A program made the translations under genes and the position numbers. A stretch of DNA of 64,000 nucleotides from Hormiphora californensis. Taxonomy: Eukaryota; Animalia; Ctenophora. Below, in pieces: positions 49,515-62,200 of this stretch (positions are counted from its first letter, which is position 1; every line of letters starts with the position of its first letter). Location of the stretch: NCBI GenBank assembly GCA_020137815.1, contig CM035357.1:4650001-4714000 (forward strand). The letters are read 5' to 3'. The notes below the pieces were generated by a model. The model had not been told where the DNA came from and ran no database searches. It saw only the letters and a program-made list of their open reading frames with translations.

Positions 49515-52500
49515 ATGATTCTCTTTGTTGCATTTGCAATCAGTGTTGCTTCGGCATTCGGTAAGATTTTGACTGACACACTAACATCTCCTACTTATGA
49601 ACTCCTATTAGTACATCTTGTTGGCGCTGATTTAACCGTTCACACAGTTGGTATATTGATTGAAATTAACCGTTCTCCTTTCCCTGCAGTTCCACAACAA
49701 AATGTCCTCTCTTCCCCGGGACTTCTCAACGCGGAGTTCGTGCGATTCCAGAAACTCCAGGGACGTTCTTACCGACCTGCTGAAATGAGGATGCGGTTCA
49801 GGTAAGAAGAATGTTTTATAAAGGAGCAATGGCGTGATTTATGAAGGAGTAGCCGAATATCAGTTGATTTTGGATACAGCTCAAAACATTTCTCTCTCAG
49901 AATATTCCGTGATAACCTTGCTAAAATTGTCCAGTGTAATGAGGATAACTTGGGATTTACCTGTGAGGAAAACATGGTACATTTGTTTGTCACTTTGTTC
50001 TTTAGTTTGTACTTTAGTCTGTCGGTGTGTGTATCATCCGGTAGATCTAGGTAGGAGTAAATGTAGTCTGTGTTGTGCTCTTTCTTCACTGTTCAATGTT
50101 CATTAGCCACTGTCGACATTTTATGTACCTTACACAATGATAGTACAACAGTGAGATTTTCAGTTTACTGATCCTTTTCTATTTTCAGTTTACTGATCTG
50201 TCTGATGACGAGAAACAAGCCTACACAGGTCTCTCCAACATAACCGACAATGGCCCCCTCGCCTCCCGGGCCCCTCTCCTCTCCAATGGGGTTGGAGCTC
50301 CAGACAGCAAGGACTGGAGGGATCTGGGGAAGGTGACTGGTGTGAAGGATCAGGGACAGTGGTAGGTGCCAGAATCAGATCTGTTTGTTTGTTTGTTGGT
50401 TTTTATGTTTGTTAGTAGGTTTGTTTTTCGGTATGTTTATTTGTAAGTATATATTTGGTTGTCTGTGTGTTTGTTTGTCTGTATGTTTGTATGTCGGTAG
50501 GTTTGTAATTTGTATGTCAATATGTTTGGTTGTCTGATTACTATTTCCCCGCAGCGGAAGTTGTTGGACTTTCTCCAGTATCGGAGCCATTGAGGGAGCT
50601 TACTCCATCGCCACTAGTAAGTTAACTCATATCATTATAGTTTTTCCTTGGTGATGACATCCCCTATTATGTTCGCAGGCTTCGTTTAGCCGCGCTGTGT
50701 GCGGCTAGTGTAGGGGTGGCTGCGTCACCAAAGTTTTCCCGCAACTTACGTCAGTGTGCAGTGTGTCCTATTCTAAACATCTCTTTTACCTCGTTGTTGT
50801 TAAAAAGAAATACAATAATCTCATTGTGTTTCACAGATGTACTGAAGACGTTCTCGGAGCAAGAGCTGCTGGATTGTACCTACGAGACCATGTACCCTGG
50901 ATATGATGGGTGTGGAGGTGAGTGAATTAGCAACTATATATATGAGTCAAGCTACCATGGTAACTGCATTCTAGCAATATCATGAGTCATGTTACCATGG
51001 TAACTGTATATCATTTAGTAGCTGATCCCTTGCCAGATAGCTGCATTCTAGCAATATCCAAGTCATGATACCATGGTAACTGCATTCTAGCAATATCATG
51101 AGTCATGCTACCATGGTAACTGATCCTTGCTCGACCCTCGATCTGATGTTGACATCCCATTTTGACAACACATCCGGCCTCCCCCACAATTATCATAACC
51201 CCGCCTCACCCCAAGGTGGTTGGTACTAACCCCGCCTCACCCCAAGGTGGTTGGTACTAACCCAGCCTCACCCCAAGGTGGTTGGTACTAATCCCGCCTC
51301 ACCCCAAGGTGGTTGGTACTACGACAGCTGGACTTATGTCAAGGAGGCAGGACGGCTTGCCCGAGAGGTGAACCACCCCTACAAGGGAGTGGACGAGGTG
51401 TGTAGCATGGGAAGTGTCCCCAATGATCTGGGAAAGGCCCGACTTACAACCTGGTTCCAGGCGGAGAACAATGATGATGCATTTGCTGCTGCCATCGCCA
51501 TCTCCCCAGTCTCTGTTGCTATGCTATCTAACGGTAATTGAATTGGTAACCATGGTTACACCTGTTACCTTTGTCAGTTATTATAGGTGTACCAACTTGC
51601 CAACCCTCTCTCTTTGTCTCTAACCAGCCCTCTATGACTGCCTCAAATAACATGCCGAATCCATTCTTTGGGTACATTTGTACATTGTACCGGGCACCCC
51701 CTCTTTCTCTCGCTTTCTCTCCTGTGCTGTTTTTCTTGCAAACTGTCACATGCATCTCTAGGGCTTCTTCCTTCCCCCTTCCCAGTGTACACTGTACAAT
51801 GTAACCAAACCCTCTCTCTCTATCCAGGTAAATTCTACAGCTACCAGACAGGTATCTACTCAGGGGAGGGTGACTGTCAGTGTAACTGGACGCCCAACCA
51901 TGCCCTCACCGCGGTTGCCTACGCCCCGGATGGTTTTGTGATCAAGAACTCCTGGGGGAGGTCGTGGGGAAACAGGGGTTACATCAAAATTGCACGGTGA
52001 GTGGGGAAACAGGGGTTACATCAAAATTGCACGGTGAGTGGGGAGACAGGGGTTACATCAAAATTGCACGGTGAGTTGGGAGACAGGGGTTACATCAAAA
52101 TTGCACGGTGAGTTGGGGAACAGGGGTTACATCAAAATTGCCCGGTGAGTTGGGAAACAGGGGTTACATCAAGATTGCACGGTGAGTTGGGGAGACAGGG
52201 GTGAGGGGTTACATCAAAATTGCACGGTGAGTTGGGAAACAGGGGTTACATCAAAATTGCACGGTGAGTTGGGAAACAGGGGTTACATCAGAATTTCCCG
52301 GTGAGTTGGGAAACAGGGGTTACATCAAGATTGCACGGTGAGTTTAGCTCTGGAGTTGATTATTTAGTAGTTTGGGTTTAGGTGGTTTGGGGTACCTATA
52401 CCTACACAATAAAATATCGTAATGAACTAACCCTAGAACCATCTTTACTTCTTACCTTTTTAACATTTCACTCTGCAGAGGTTTGAGGAGCACGGTGTGC

Positions 52501-53084
52501 CGAGCGGCTGATTTTGCCTACTACCCAGTGTTCAGTGCTGATGGAAGTGAGCCAACCCTCCCTCCTACTGATGCACCTGTTACCGATGAGGTGAGACCTC
52601 AACTACTCTAATAAATTCAAACTCTACTTAACCTCAGCCTCACTGATCCCCAATCTCTTGAATCTAATTCACAGATCTGTGGTAACCGTGGCTGTCTTCA
52701 TATTCCCACCTCACAATCTCCCTCTCCTCAGATTCCCACCTCACAATCTCCCTCCCCCCTGAGATTCCCACCTCACAATCTCCCTCTCCCCAGATTCCCA
52801 CCTCACAATCTCCCTCCCCTCAGATTCCCGCCTCACAATCTTCCTCTCCCCTGATTCCCACCTCACAATCTTCCTCTCCCCAGATTCCCACCTCACAATC
52901 TCCCTCTCCTCAGATTCCAACCTCACAATCTCCCTCCCCTCTCAGATTCCCACTTCACAATCTCCCTCTCACCCCTCACCTCACAATCTCCCTCTCTCCT
53001 CAGATTCCAACTGGAGACGGAGACTGCCCCAGTGGAACGACTCTCTGCCCCGATGGAACCTGCAAACACATCCACATGTGCTAG
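49515..53084 (+). CDS. Cathepsin L-like C1A protease with intact triad, Pro/Thr linker and small C-terminal Cys module. Exons approx. 49515-49560, 49690-49801, 49901-49976, 50189-50361, 50554-50615, 50837-50917, 51309-51533, 51828-51997, 52479-52590, 53004-53084
   Basis: NMFTDLSDDE; DWR..VKDQGQCGSCWTFS; FSEQELLDC; GCGGG; NHALTAVAY; IKNSWGRSWGNRGYIKIAR; ends CPSGTTLCPDGTCKHIHMC*. Confidence 0.92.
51196..51321 (+). repeat. ~31-bp x4 tandem repeat of a splice acceptor plus exon start
   Basis: aacccgcctcaccccaag|gtggttggtact repeated; the last copy is the functional junction. Confidence 0.9.
51965..52344 (+). repeat. 37-38-bp x10 tandem repeat of exon end plus splice donor
   Basis: gggaaacaggggttacatcaaaattgcacg|gtgagt repeated. 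Confidence 0.95.
52702..53010 (+). repeat. 30-bp x~10 tandem repeat of splice acceptor plus exon start
   Basis: cctcacaatctccctctcctcag|attcc repeated. Confidence 0.93.
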
Positions 53085-53336
53085 ATACTGGATACCATGG
53101 TGAGATGTTGCATTCAGTTGCCATGGTGAGATATTGCATTTAGTTGCCATGGTGACTCTACTACCAATGAGAGAGGAGATATAACGGAGGTGATCTATAT
53201 CTTATGATGAGCTGATAAGGAATCTCTCAGATAATTTTAACTGATTTTAAATGTGCTATATATTTTATAAAGAACTCGACTTCAACAGATACCTATTATA
53301 GATGCTTTGTTTTACTTTTATGGTTCACAAATCACA

Positions 53337-53897
53337 TTTTTTCCCTGCCCGGGTGGATGCCCGAAGGGCATCCACCCGGATGATCGTTTTAGCACGTGTG
53401 CTAAAAAGATCATAAAGGGTTTAGAAATCAGCAGATTGTGTAGTTAACTAAAAGTGTCCGTCCGTCCGTCCGTCACGGACAACGCTTGACAACGCTCCTT
53501 CATCAAATCAATTAATTGTTTTGATGAAATATGATGTCACGAGGCGCTTCTCCTGCAGGAAACTCGCGCGCACAGGACGTTTATGTTTCACTTCAAAGAA
53601 AGTCTATAACTTTGGCGCCGCGCCCTACGTCATTGTACTGTACAATGTTCACTTTTGAGTTGTGGCAATGGCATGAACTGCGACTTGAATACTACATGAT
53701 ATCACATAACCTTGAAACTGGAGTCTAATTAGTCAACCCATCAGCTTTACCGGCTCACATATCAGCATCCACTTAGAAGCAGGCGTGGCACAATCCAGAT
53801 CTCATGCCGGCTGTCAAACTTTGACTCAAAGTTTATATCCTTGAAGTTGGGCAGGGAAATACAGCATTATGGGTACATAATGCAAATAATTCTTGTT
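53337..53897 (+). mobile_element. HINE/Helentron-like element, copy 3, with (GTCC)n microsatellite
   Basis: SubTIRs TTTCCCTGCCC/GGGCAGGGAAA, 5' hairpin ccgggtggatgccc-gaa-gggcatccacccgg, gtccgtccgtccgtccgtc, and 3' hairpin gcattatg..cataatgc. Confidence 0.85.
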
Positions 53898-54114
53898 TAG
53901 TTCTTGAGCCCCCAGTTGTTGTCCCTACTTTACTTATAACCGGAGTTATGAGTAGTTTGGTCAATATTTCCACGACAGTGATCAAGGATGAAGCAAACAA
54001 TTTATCTAAAATCGAATCAAACTTTTGCTAAAATTTGGGTCCACTAGATTAAATCTTGAAAGTAGAGGTAAACAGTAAACACCCAGTCCTCCATTATTCA
54101 CCTAATCCAGTGTC

Positions 54115-55691
54115 TCAGTGGAAACTGGGTGGATCGTGAGCATAGGTCGCCCAGTCAGGAATTATTCCGCCTTCAAAATCAAAGGGTAGAAAGTAGTGCA
54201 TTTTGGTTGTCGGGAAAGCACCAACAGAGTCGGCAAGTGTGCACTGTAGAGGTTCCAACTCATCGAAATAGTCCATTATCTTCTCCTTCAGCTCCTCCAA
54301 TACATCAGGATGGGTCTTACCAATGTTGTTAGTCTCAAAGGGATCATCTGTGATATTGTAAAGTCGTGTGACATTCCAGTTAACGCAGTTTTCACCAAAT
54401 GTAAACCTCTCAGTTTGTATCACATGATCCTCCCTCAAGCATGGTTTGTAGCCCAAATAGTGCCTTGTAGTCACCCTTGATGTACGCTGCATTCTCTTTC
54501 ACTGGATTTATGTGAACAAGAATCTCATCTCGCAAGCAGGTGTCTTCGTCGCCGGTAAAAAGAAATGTCGATTGGTCAATGCTGTCCAGAGAGTCGATTT
54601 GTGATTTGCGAACCTTGGAAATCTCTGTAAAGGCCTCCCATCCTCCTGTCCATCGAATGAGGGTAGAGTACCAGTCAGTGACGTGAACATAGCAGGAAGT
54701 GGAACCTCGGGGTACCAGGATATCAGGGTTGGAGCTGTACAGAAATGCAGGAACTCTCACACCTCCCTCAAAAAGTTGGTTTTTCCATCCTCTCAGCGGG
54801 AGGCTGGAAGCAAAACGAGATTTTTCTGCGCCGTTGTCACTGGCCACAATCATTAGTGTGTTATTCCATATACCCGCCTCTTTATAGCTCTCAATCACCT
54901 CGCTAAGAGAATCCTGGGCAGCGTTCAGCATAGCCTGTCGAACACAACTCGCGTTCGCTTTATCAAGACAGTCCTCTTGGAAGTAGGCATCAGGAGCAAA
55001 GAAGGGATAGTGAACATTTTGCATGCTATACATCATAAAGAGAGGCTGGGAGGAGTTGTGGTCCTCAACTACACCCTTAACCCTGCTTGCAAAGAGATTT
55101 TCACTGTATGTTTGGGTTGAATTCGGTAAAATGGACCAGTTTATTTCATCACCATCCTCCTCGCAAAAGTACAAATCGTTATATTTCTTGCCGGGAACGT
55201 ATCTGTGTGACATATAGTCAATTTGGCCTTGGGTGTATCCGTACGCAGTGTCGAAGCCCCGAGTACACGGCATACAATCCCACCGAGCATAGCCAAGGTG
55301 CCATTTTCCCACCAAGTGTGTCGCGTAACCATTAGCACGAAGGACCTCCGGAAGTAAGATCTGATCTCTGTCCAGACACTCCTTGGTATAAGGTTGAAAA
55401 ACTTCGTCGTCAATTCCCAAGGCAATGGCATACCTGACCAGTGTACAGAGAGCCCCGTGCAGGGGTACACAAAAACTGGGAGTAGTATCTGTCCAGGATG
55501 AGACCCTCACTTGCAAGCTTATCAAACAGGGGTGTGGTGATATTCTTTTTAATTTCCGGGTAAGTGTAACCCATATCTCCGTATCCCATATCGTCAATCA
55601 ACACAAACAGGATGTTCGGTTTACCAACATCTGATCCCCGAACAGTTGGAGCTCCAAGAAAAAGGAGGAGGGAGAGAAGGACGGTGACCAT
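54115..55691 (-). CDS. Intronless secreted/lysosomal arylsulfatase (ARSB/I/J-like) split over three frames by two apparent +1 frameshifts (~55437, ~54415)
   Basis: Signal peptide, KPNILFVLIDDMGYGD, FGly motif CTPAR, GKWHLG, RGFD, SDNG, PLRGWK..EGGVRVPAF, HVTDW, LYNITDDPFE. Confidence 0.9.
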
Positions 55692-56122
55692 GATAAAGGG
55701 ATAGGTCGAAGATATAGTTTCTTCTCACGGAAAGCTGGTCAAGAATCAACGTAGTTCGCAAAAGTGACCTGGGTTGTCATGAAAGTTGAGCGTGGGCAGG
55801 GACTGGACTACAATCGCATAATTCATCATTACTAGATAGCGCCTAGCCGCATTATTTTAGAATTGAGACATGCAGCCCCACTTTTCCTCACTATATAGCT
55901 GCAAGCTCACTTGGTGTCCCGTTCACTAGCACTGATCTGATTACACTATCTTCCCACCCATAAACCAGCCGGGGTAGAAAGCAGGCTAAAGAACACGAAG
56001 TTTCACCACAGTACACATAGCTCCGGTTAGAAAAGGAGTAGGAAAAAATTTCACTTCAGTTTTCACCAAAATGTAAGTAAGGCTACTAAAATACGCATAA
56101 TCCCCTCAATTTTATAGCCTAA

Positions 56123-59100
56123 ATGGACTGTGTTGGAGTGCTAAGATCAGAATATGGGAAGGTAGCCTGTAAACACGAGGACCTCATCCAGGGGGCTGAT
56201 GCGATCGACAAACTATTGGACCCTGCCGTGGTAAGTTCTTGACAAACTATTGGATCCTGTCGTGGTAAGTTCTCGACAAACTATTGGGCCCTGCCGTGGT
56301 AAGTTCTTGACAAACTATTGGACCCTGCCGTGGTAAGTTCTTGACAAACTATTGGACCCTGCCGTGGTAAGTTCTCGACAAACTATTGGACCCTGCCGTG
56401 GTAAGTTCTTGACAAACTATTGGACCCTGCCGTGGTAAGTTCTTGACATACTATTGGACCCTGCCGTGGTAAGTTCTTGATTGTAGAAGCAGCCGTTCTC
56501 TCCCCGCCTTTTGAATAATATCCCTTTTTGTACCTTAATAACATTTCCCAACCGGAACAGTTCCTTCCCAACAATTATTCCACCCTCATGACCCCCCTCT
56601 GATTCACCCATAATGACCCACATTTCAGTCTGGACCGGACTATTTGAAACAAGTCAAGTTTGAGCTCTCCAGAATTTCCCAGTCACACAAGGATTGGCAT
56701 GGCTCTATTAGTCGCTTTGGAAAGGCAATCGACAAACAGATGACTGAAAATGTGGCGTTCTTTTCTAATACAAACAAGTTTAGGGACTCGCCACTTATCC
56801 AGCAGCTGATATGTGAGCACTTTCTTCGACAGGTTAGTTAGTGTTAGTTAGTGTTAGTTAGTGTTAGTTAGTGTTAGTTAGTGTTAGTTAGTGTTAGTTA
56901 GTGTTAGTTAGTGTTAGTTAGTGTTAGTAAGTGTTAGTTAGTGTTAGTTAGTGTTAGTCAGTGTTAGTCAGTGTTAGTTAGTGTTAGTTAGTGTTAGTTA
57001 GTGTTAGTTAGTGTTAGTTAGTGTTAGTTAGTGTTAGTTAGTGTTAGTTAGTGTTAGTTAGTGTTAGTTAGTGTTAGTTAGTGTTAGTTAGTGTTAGTTA
57101 GTGTTAGTTAGTGTTAGTTAGTGTTAGTTAGTGTTAGTTAGTGTTAGTTAGTGTTAGTTAGTGTTAGTTAGTGTTAGTTAGTGTTAGTTAGTGTTAGTTA
57201 GTGTTAGTCAGTGTTAGTTAGTGTTAGCTAGTGTTAGTTAGTGTTAGTTAGTGTTAGTTAGTGTTAGTTAGTGTTAGTTAGTGTTAGTTAGTGTTAGTTA
57301 GTGTTAGTTAGTGTTAGTTAGTGTTAGTTAGTGTTAGTTAGTGTTAGTTAGTGTTAGTTAGTGTTAGTTAGTGTTAGTTAGTGTTAGTTAGTGTTAGTTA
57401 GTGTTAGTTAGTGTTAGTTAGTGTTAGTTAGTGTTAGTTAGTGTTAGTTAGTGTTAGTTAGTGTTAGTTAGTGTTAGTTAGTGTTAGTTAGTGTTAGTTA
57501 GTGTTAGTTAGTGTTAGTTAGTGTTAGTTAGTGTTAGTTAGTGTTAGTTAGTGTTAGTTAGTGTTAGTTAGTGTAGTTAGTGTTAGTTAGTGTTAGTTAG
57601 TGTTAGTTAGTGTTAGTTAGTGTTAGTTAGTGTAGTTAGTCATATCTTGTGTGTAGTTAGTCATATCTTGTGTAGTTAGTCATATCTTGTGTAGTTAGTC
57701 ATATCTTGTGTGTAGTTAGTCATATCTTGTGTAGTTAGTCATATCTTGTGTGTAGTTAGTCATATCTTGTGTAGTTAGTCATATCTTGTGTAGTTAGTAA
57801 TATCTTGTACATAGTTAATCATAAATCAGTTCGTCTTGTTCCAACTTCAGCAACTCACTCCTCCAAACTCCTAGATCTCTGACCCCCTCTCTTCAGGGAG
57901 ACCTAGATCTGGTGTCACAATTTATTAGAGAGAGTGGATACCAGCTGGATGAAGCTAAGAGGCTCCCTTTTGTACAACTTCACGAGATCGTGACTGCTCT
58001 AAAAGCGGGAAACCTGGCCCCTGCAATGCAGTGGTGTGAAACCAACAGAATGGAACTTAAGAAGAGGTAGGAATTCAGGAGGAAAGGTCTGGAAGGCGGA
58101 GGTGGGAGTGGTTAAATTCAGGGAGATCTGAAATATATTTAAAAAACTATGATCAGTAGTTGGGATCTGGAAAAGTGATCATGATCAGTATCTACCACAA
58201 CAATTGCTGAAACATTTCTTTTCCAGGAGTAGTCTAATAGAATTCCTACTACACCGTCGACATTTTATCAGCCTGGTACAGAACAAGAAAACTACAGAGG
58301 CACTGAGATACGCTAAAATACTTGGTAAGTCTGGTAAACTCTTAGGACAGTTTTTCGCCAATATGGGATGGATTGGGGGAACTGATCCTAAACTTTTTAT
58401 TTCAGGCCAGTTCTCTGATACGCAGAAGAAACCCCTACAACAATTAATGGGAACACTCCTGTTTATTAATTCTGGTCTGGAAAATTCACCCTATGCCTAC
58501 CTAATTGGTAGGTACCCTTTTTTGTTCCAACATTATTGAGTTTGGTAGAAATATGATAACTCTTAGTCTCAAGCGATTTTTAGAGAAATCTATTCTTCCA
58601 ATTACTTTGTAATCAGCTCCAGAATCTTGATCCTGTCGAGCGCTTTACCAGAAATCCCTTCATAATACAGTCGGACCCCGATTTAACGGCCCCCGATTTA
58701 GCGGCACCCCGATTTAACGGCAGGATAAATTTCCCCCAAAATTTTTTGAAATTTTTTTTTGAAATTTTTTTTGAATTTTATTTTTGAAATTTTTTTGAAA
58801 AACCACGTCCAAATCGTGTTTGGAATCGGTGCATCTTATTGCATGTCTTGCCGGTAATTAGACGGTTCGAAACGAACAGATATGTGATCCCCATGAGGCC
58901 CATCGAATCGCAATTTAGACGCTTGTTAAACTGGCCTCATGGGGGATCACGTATCGGTTCGTTTCGAACCGTCTAATTAGCACAAGACTTGCGATAAGAG
59001 CACTGATTCGAAACACGATTCGACGTGGTTGATTACCTTTGAAAATTCATAATTTTTTTGCAAAATTTACCAGGGGGGGGGGGGGGGGGGGGTTTTGGGG

Positions 59101-59172
59101 CGTTAATTTGTTCCCAAACCCAGGAAGTTGTGGAAGTTGTTTGGGTTTGTTTTTTAAAGGGATCGTGTTAAA

Positions 59173-59263
<91 letters not shown>

Positions 59264-62200
59264 AAAAAGAGGTTTATGTTAGTGTTAGTTAGTGTTAGTT
59301 AGTGTTAGTTAGTGTTAGTTAGTGTTAGTTAGTGTTAGTTAGTGTTAGTTAGTGTTAGTTAGTGTTAGTTAGTGTTAGTAGTGTTAGTTAGTGTTAGTTA
59401 GTGTTAGTCAGTGTTAGTTAGTGTTAGTTAGTGTTAGTTAGTGTTAGTTAGTGTTAGTTAGTGTTAGTTAGTGTTAGTTAGTGTTAGTTAGTGTTAGTTA
59501 GTGTTAGTTAGTGTTAGTTAGTGTTAGTTAGTGTTAGTTAGTGTTAGTTAGTGTTAGTTAGTGTTAGTTAGTGTTAGTTAGTGTTAGTTAGTGTTAGTTA
59601 GTGTTAGTTAGTGTTAGTTAGTGTTAGTTAGTGTTAGTCAGTGTTAGTTAGTGTTAGTTAGTGTTAGTTAGTGTTAGTTAGTGTTAGTTAGTGTTAGTTA
59701 GTGTTAGTTAGTGTTAGTTAGTGTTAGTTAGTGTTAGTTAGTGTTAGTTAGTGTTAGTTAGTGTTAGTTAGTGTTAGTTAGTGTTAGTTAGTGTTAGTTA
59801 GTGTTAGTTAGTGTTAGTTAGTGTTAGTTAGTGTTAGTTAGTGTTAGTTAGTGTTAGTTAGTGTTAGTTAGTGTTAGTTAGTGTTAGTTAGTGTTAGTTA
59901 GTGTTAGTTAGTGTTAGTTAGTGTAGTTAGTGTTAGTTAGTGTTAGTTAGTGTTAGTTAGTGTTAGTTAGTGTTAGTTAGTGTAGTTAGTCATATCTTGT
60001 GTGTAGTTAGTCATATCTTGTGTAGTTAGTCATATCTTGTGTAGTTAGTCATATCTTGTGTGTAGTTAGTCATATCTTGTGTAGTTAGTCATATCTTGTG
60101 TGTAGTTAGTCATATCTTGTGTAGTTAGTCATATATTGTGTGTAGTTAGTCATATCGTGTGTGTAGTTAATCATAAATCAGTTCGTCTTGTTCAAACTTC
60201 AGCAATTCACTCCTCCAAACTCCTAGATCTCACTGACCCCCTCTCTTCAGGGAGACCTAGATCTGGTGTCACAATTTATTAGAGAGAGTGGTTACCAGCT
60301 GGATGAAGCTAAGAGGCTCCCTTTTGTACAACTTCACGAGATCGTGACTGCTCTCAAAGCAGGAAACCTGGCCCCTGCAATGCAGTGGTGTGAAACCAAC
60401 AGAATGGAACTTAAGAAGAGGTAGGAATTCAGGAGGAAAGGTCTGGAGAGCGGAGGTGGGAGTGGTTAAATTCAGGGAGATCTGAAATATATTTAAAAAA
60501 ACATGATCAGTATTTATAGAAGGGATGAGGGCCCTCGAGGGATCTGGAAAAGTGATCATGATCAGTAGCTACCACAATTGCTGAAACATTTCTTTTCCAG
60601 GGGTAGTCTAATAGAATTCCTACTACACCGTCGACATTTTATTAGCCTGGTACAGAACAAGAAAACTACAGAGGCACTGAGATACGCTAAAATACTTGGT
60701 AAGTCTGGTTCACACTGTATAAACTCTTAGGACAGTTTTTCGCCAATATGGCATGGATTGTGGGAACTGATCCTAAACTTTTTATTTCAGGCCAGTTCTC
60801 TGATACGCAGAAGAAACCCCTACAACAGTTAATGGGCACACTCCTGTTTATTAATTCTGGTCTGGAAAATTCACCCTATGCTTACCTAATTGGTAGGTAC
60901 CCTTTTTTGTTCCAACATTATCGAGTTTGGTAGAAATATGATAACTCTTAGTCTCAAGCGATTTTTAGAGAAATCTATTCTTCCAATTCCAATTTTTAAA
61001 TCTTGTATTACTTTGTAATCAGTTCCAGAATCTTGATCCTGTCGTGCGCTTTACCAGAAATCCCTTCATAATACAGTCGGACCCCGATTTAACGGCCCCC
61101 GATTTAGCGGCACCCCGATTTAACGGCAGGATAAATTTCCCCCAAAATTTTTTGAAATTTTTTTTTTGAAATTTTTTTTTGAATTTTATTTTTGAAATTT
61201 TTTTGAAAAACCACGTCCAAATCGTGTTTGAAATCGGTGCATCTTATTGCATGTCTTGCCGGTAATTAGACGGTTCGAAACGAACAGATATGTGATCCCC
61301 ATGAGGCCCATCGAATCGCAATTTAGACGCTTGTTAAACTGGCCTCATGGGGATCACGTATCGGTTCGTTTCGAACCGTCTAATTAGCGACAAGACGTGC
61401 GATAAGATGCACTGATTCGAAACACGATTCGGACGTGGTTGATATACCTTTGAAAAATTTTCATAATTTTTTTTGCAAAATTTTACAGAACTAGCGCACC
61501 CATTGGGTGCGCCTCAAGTAAGGGCTTTTTGATAACTCATAACCCACGCGGCTTCGCCGTGTGGTTCTTTTCGCCCCTTTCAACGCCAATAACACAGTTG
61601 CCATGGCAACTGAATTGGTAAATATGTGGACTGGCATGTTAAAAGTCATTCGAAAATATCAGCAAACTCCCACCGGAAGTTCCAAAAGTGTGAGCAACAG
61701 CTTTACAGCTTTGGGCACATAAAGTGTTTTATGAAGGAGCAGTCTGTCGCTTAGATACCGCCTAACGAACGACCACTTCGACGCGACATCTCCAAATTAT
61801 AATAGAGATGATTGTCAATGCCTTGATCGGTGCTCCCCATGAATTTTCAGAGAAAAATATATTTTGAAATTCAAATTGTTCCTCACCCCGCTTAAAGTGC
61901 CCCGATTCGGCATGGTATCACGTATCGGTTCGTCTAATTAGCAGCAAGACATGCGATAAGATGCACTGATTCGATAAACGATTCGGACGTGGTTGATATA
62001 GAAACCTTAGAAAATTTTTATAACTTATTTTTAAATTATCTTGAAATTACTTTCTTTTTCTAATCAGAAATGATCATGTAATCAATACATGGACATTGCA
62101 TTTAACACTTAGAGGTGTTTTAGTATAGCATTTTGGACAAAACTAGGGTTTTATGGGCCAAATATGCTCTACCCCGATTTAACGGACACCCCGATTTAAC

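Noticed and set aside
59073-59262. Poly-Gly ORF or G-quadruplex locus
   Set aside because: The poly-G lies at the duplication junction and is typical of sequencing or assembly junk.
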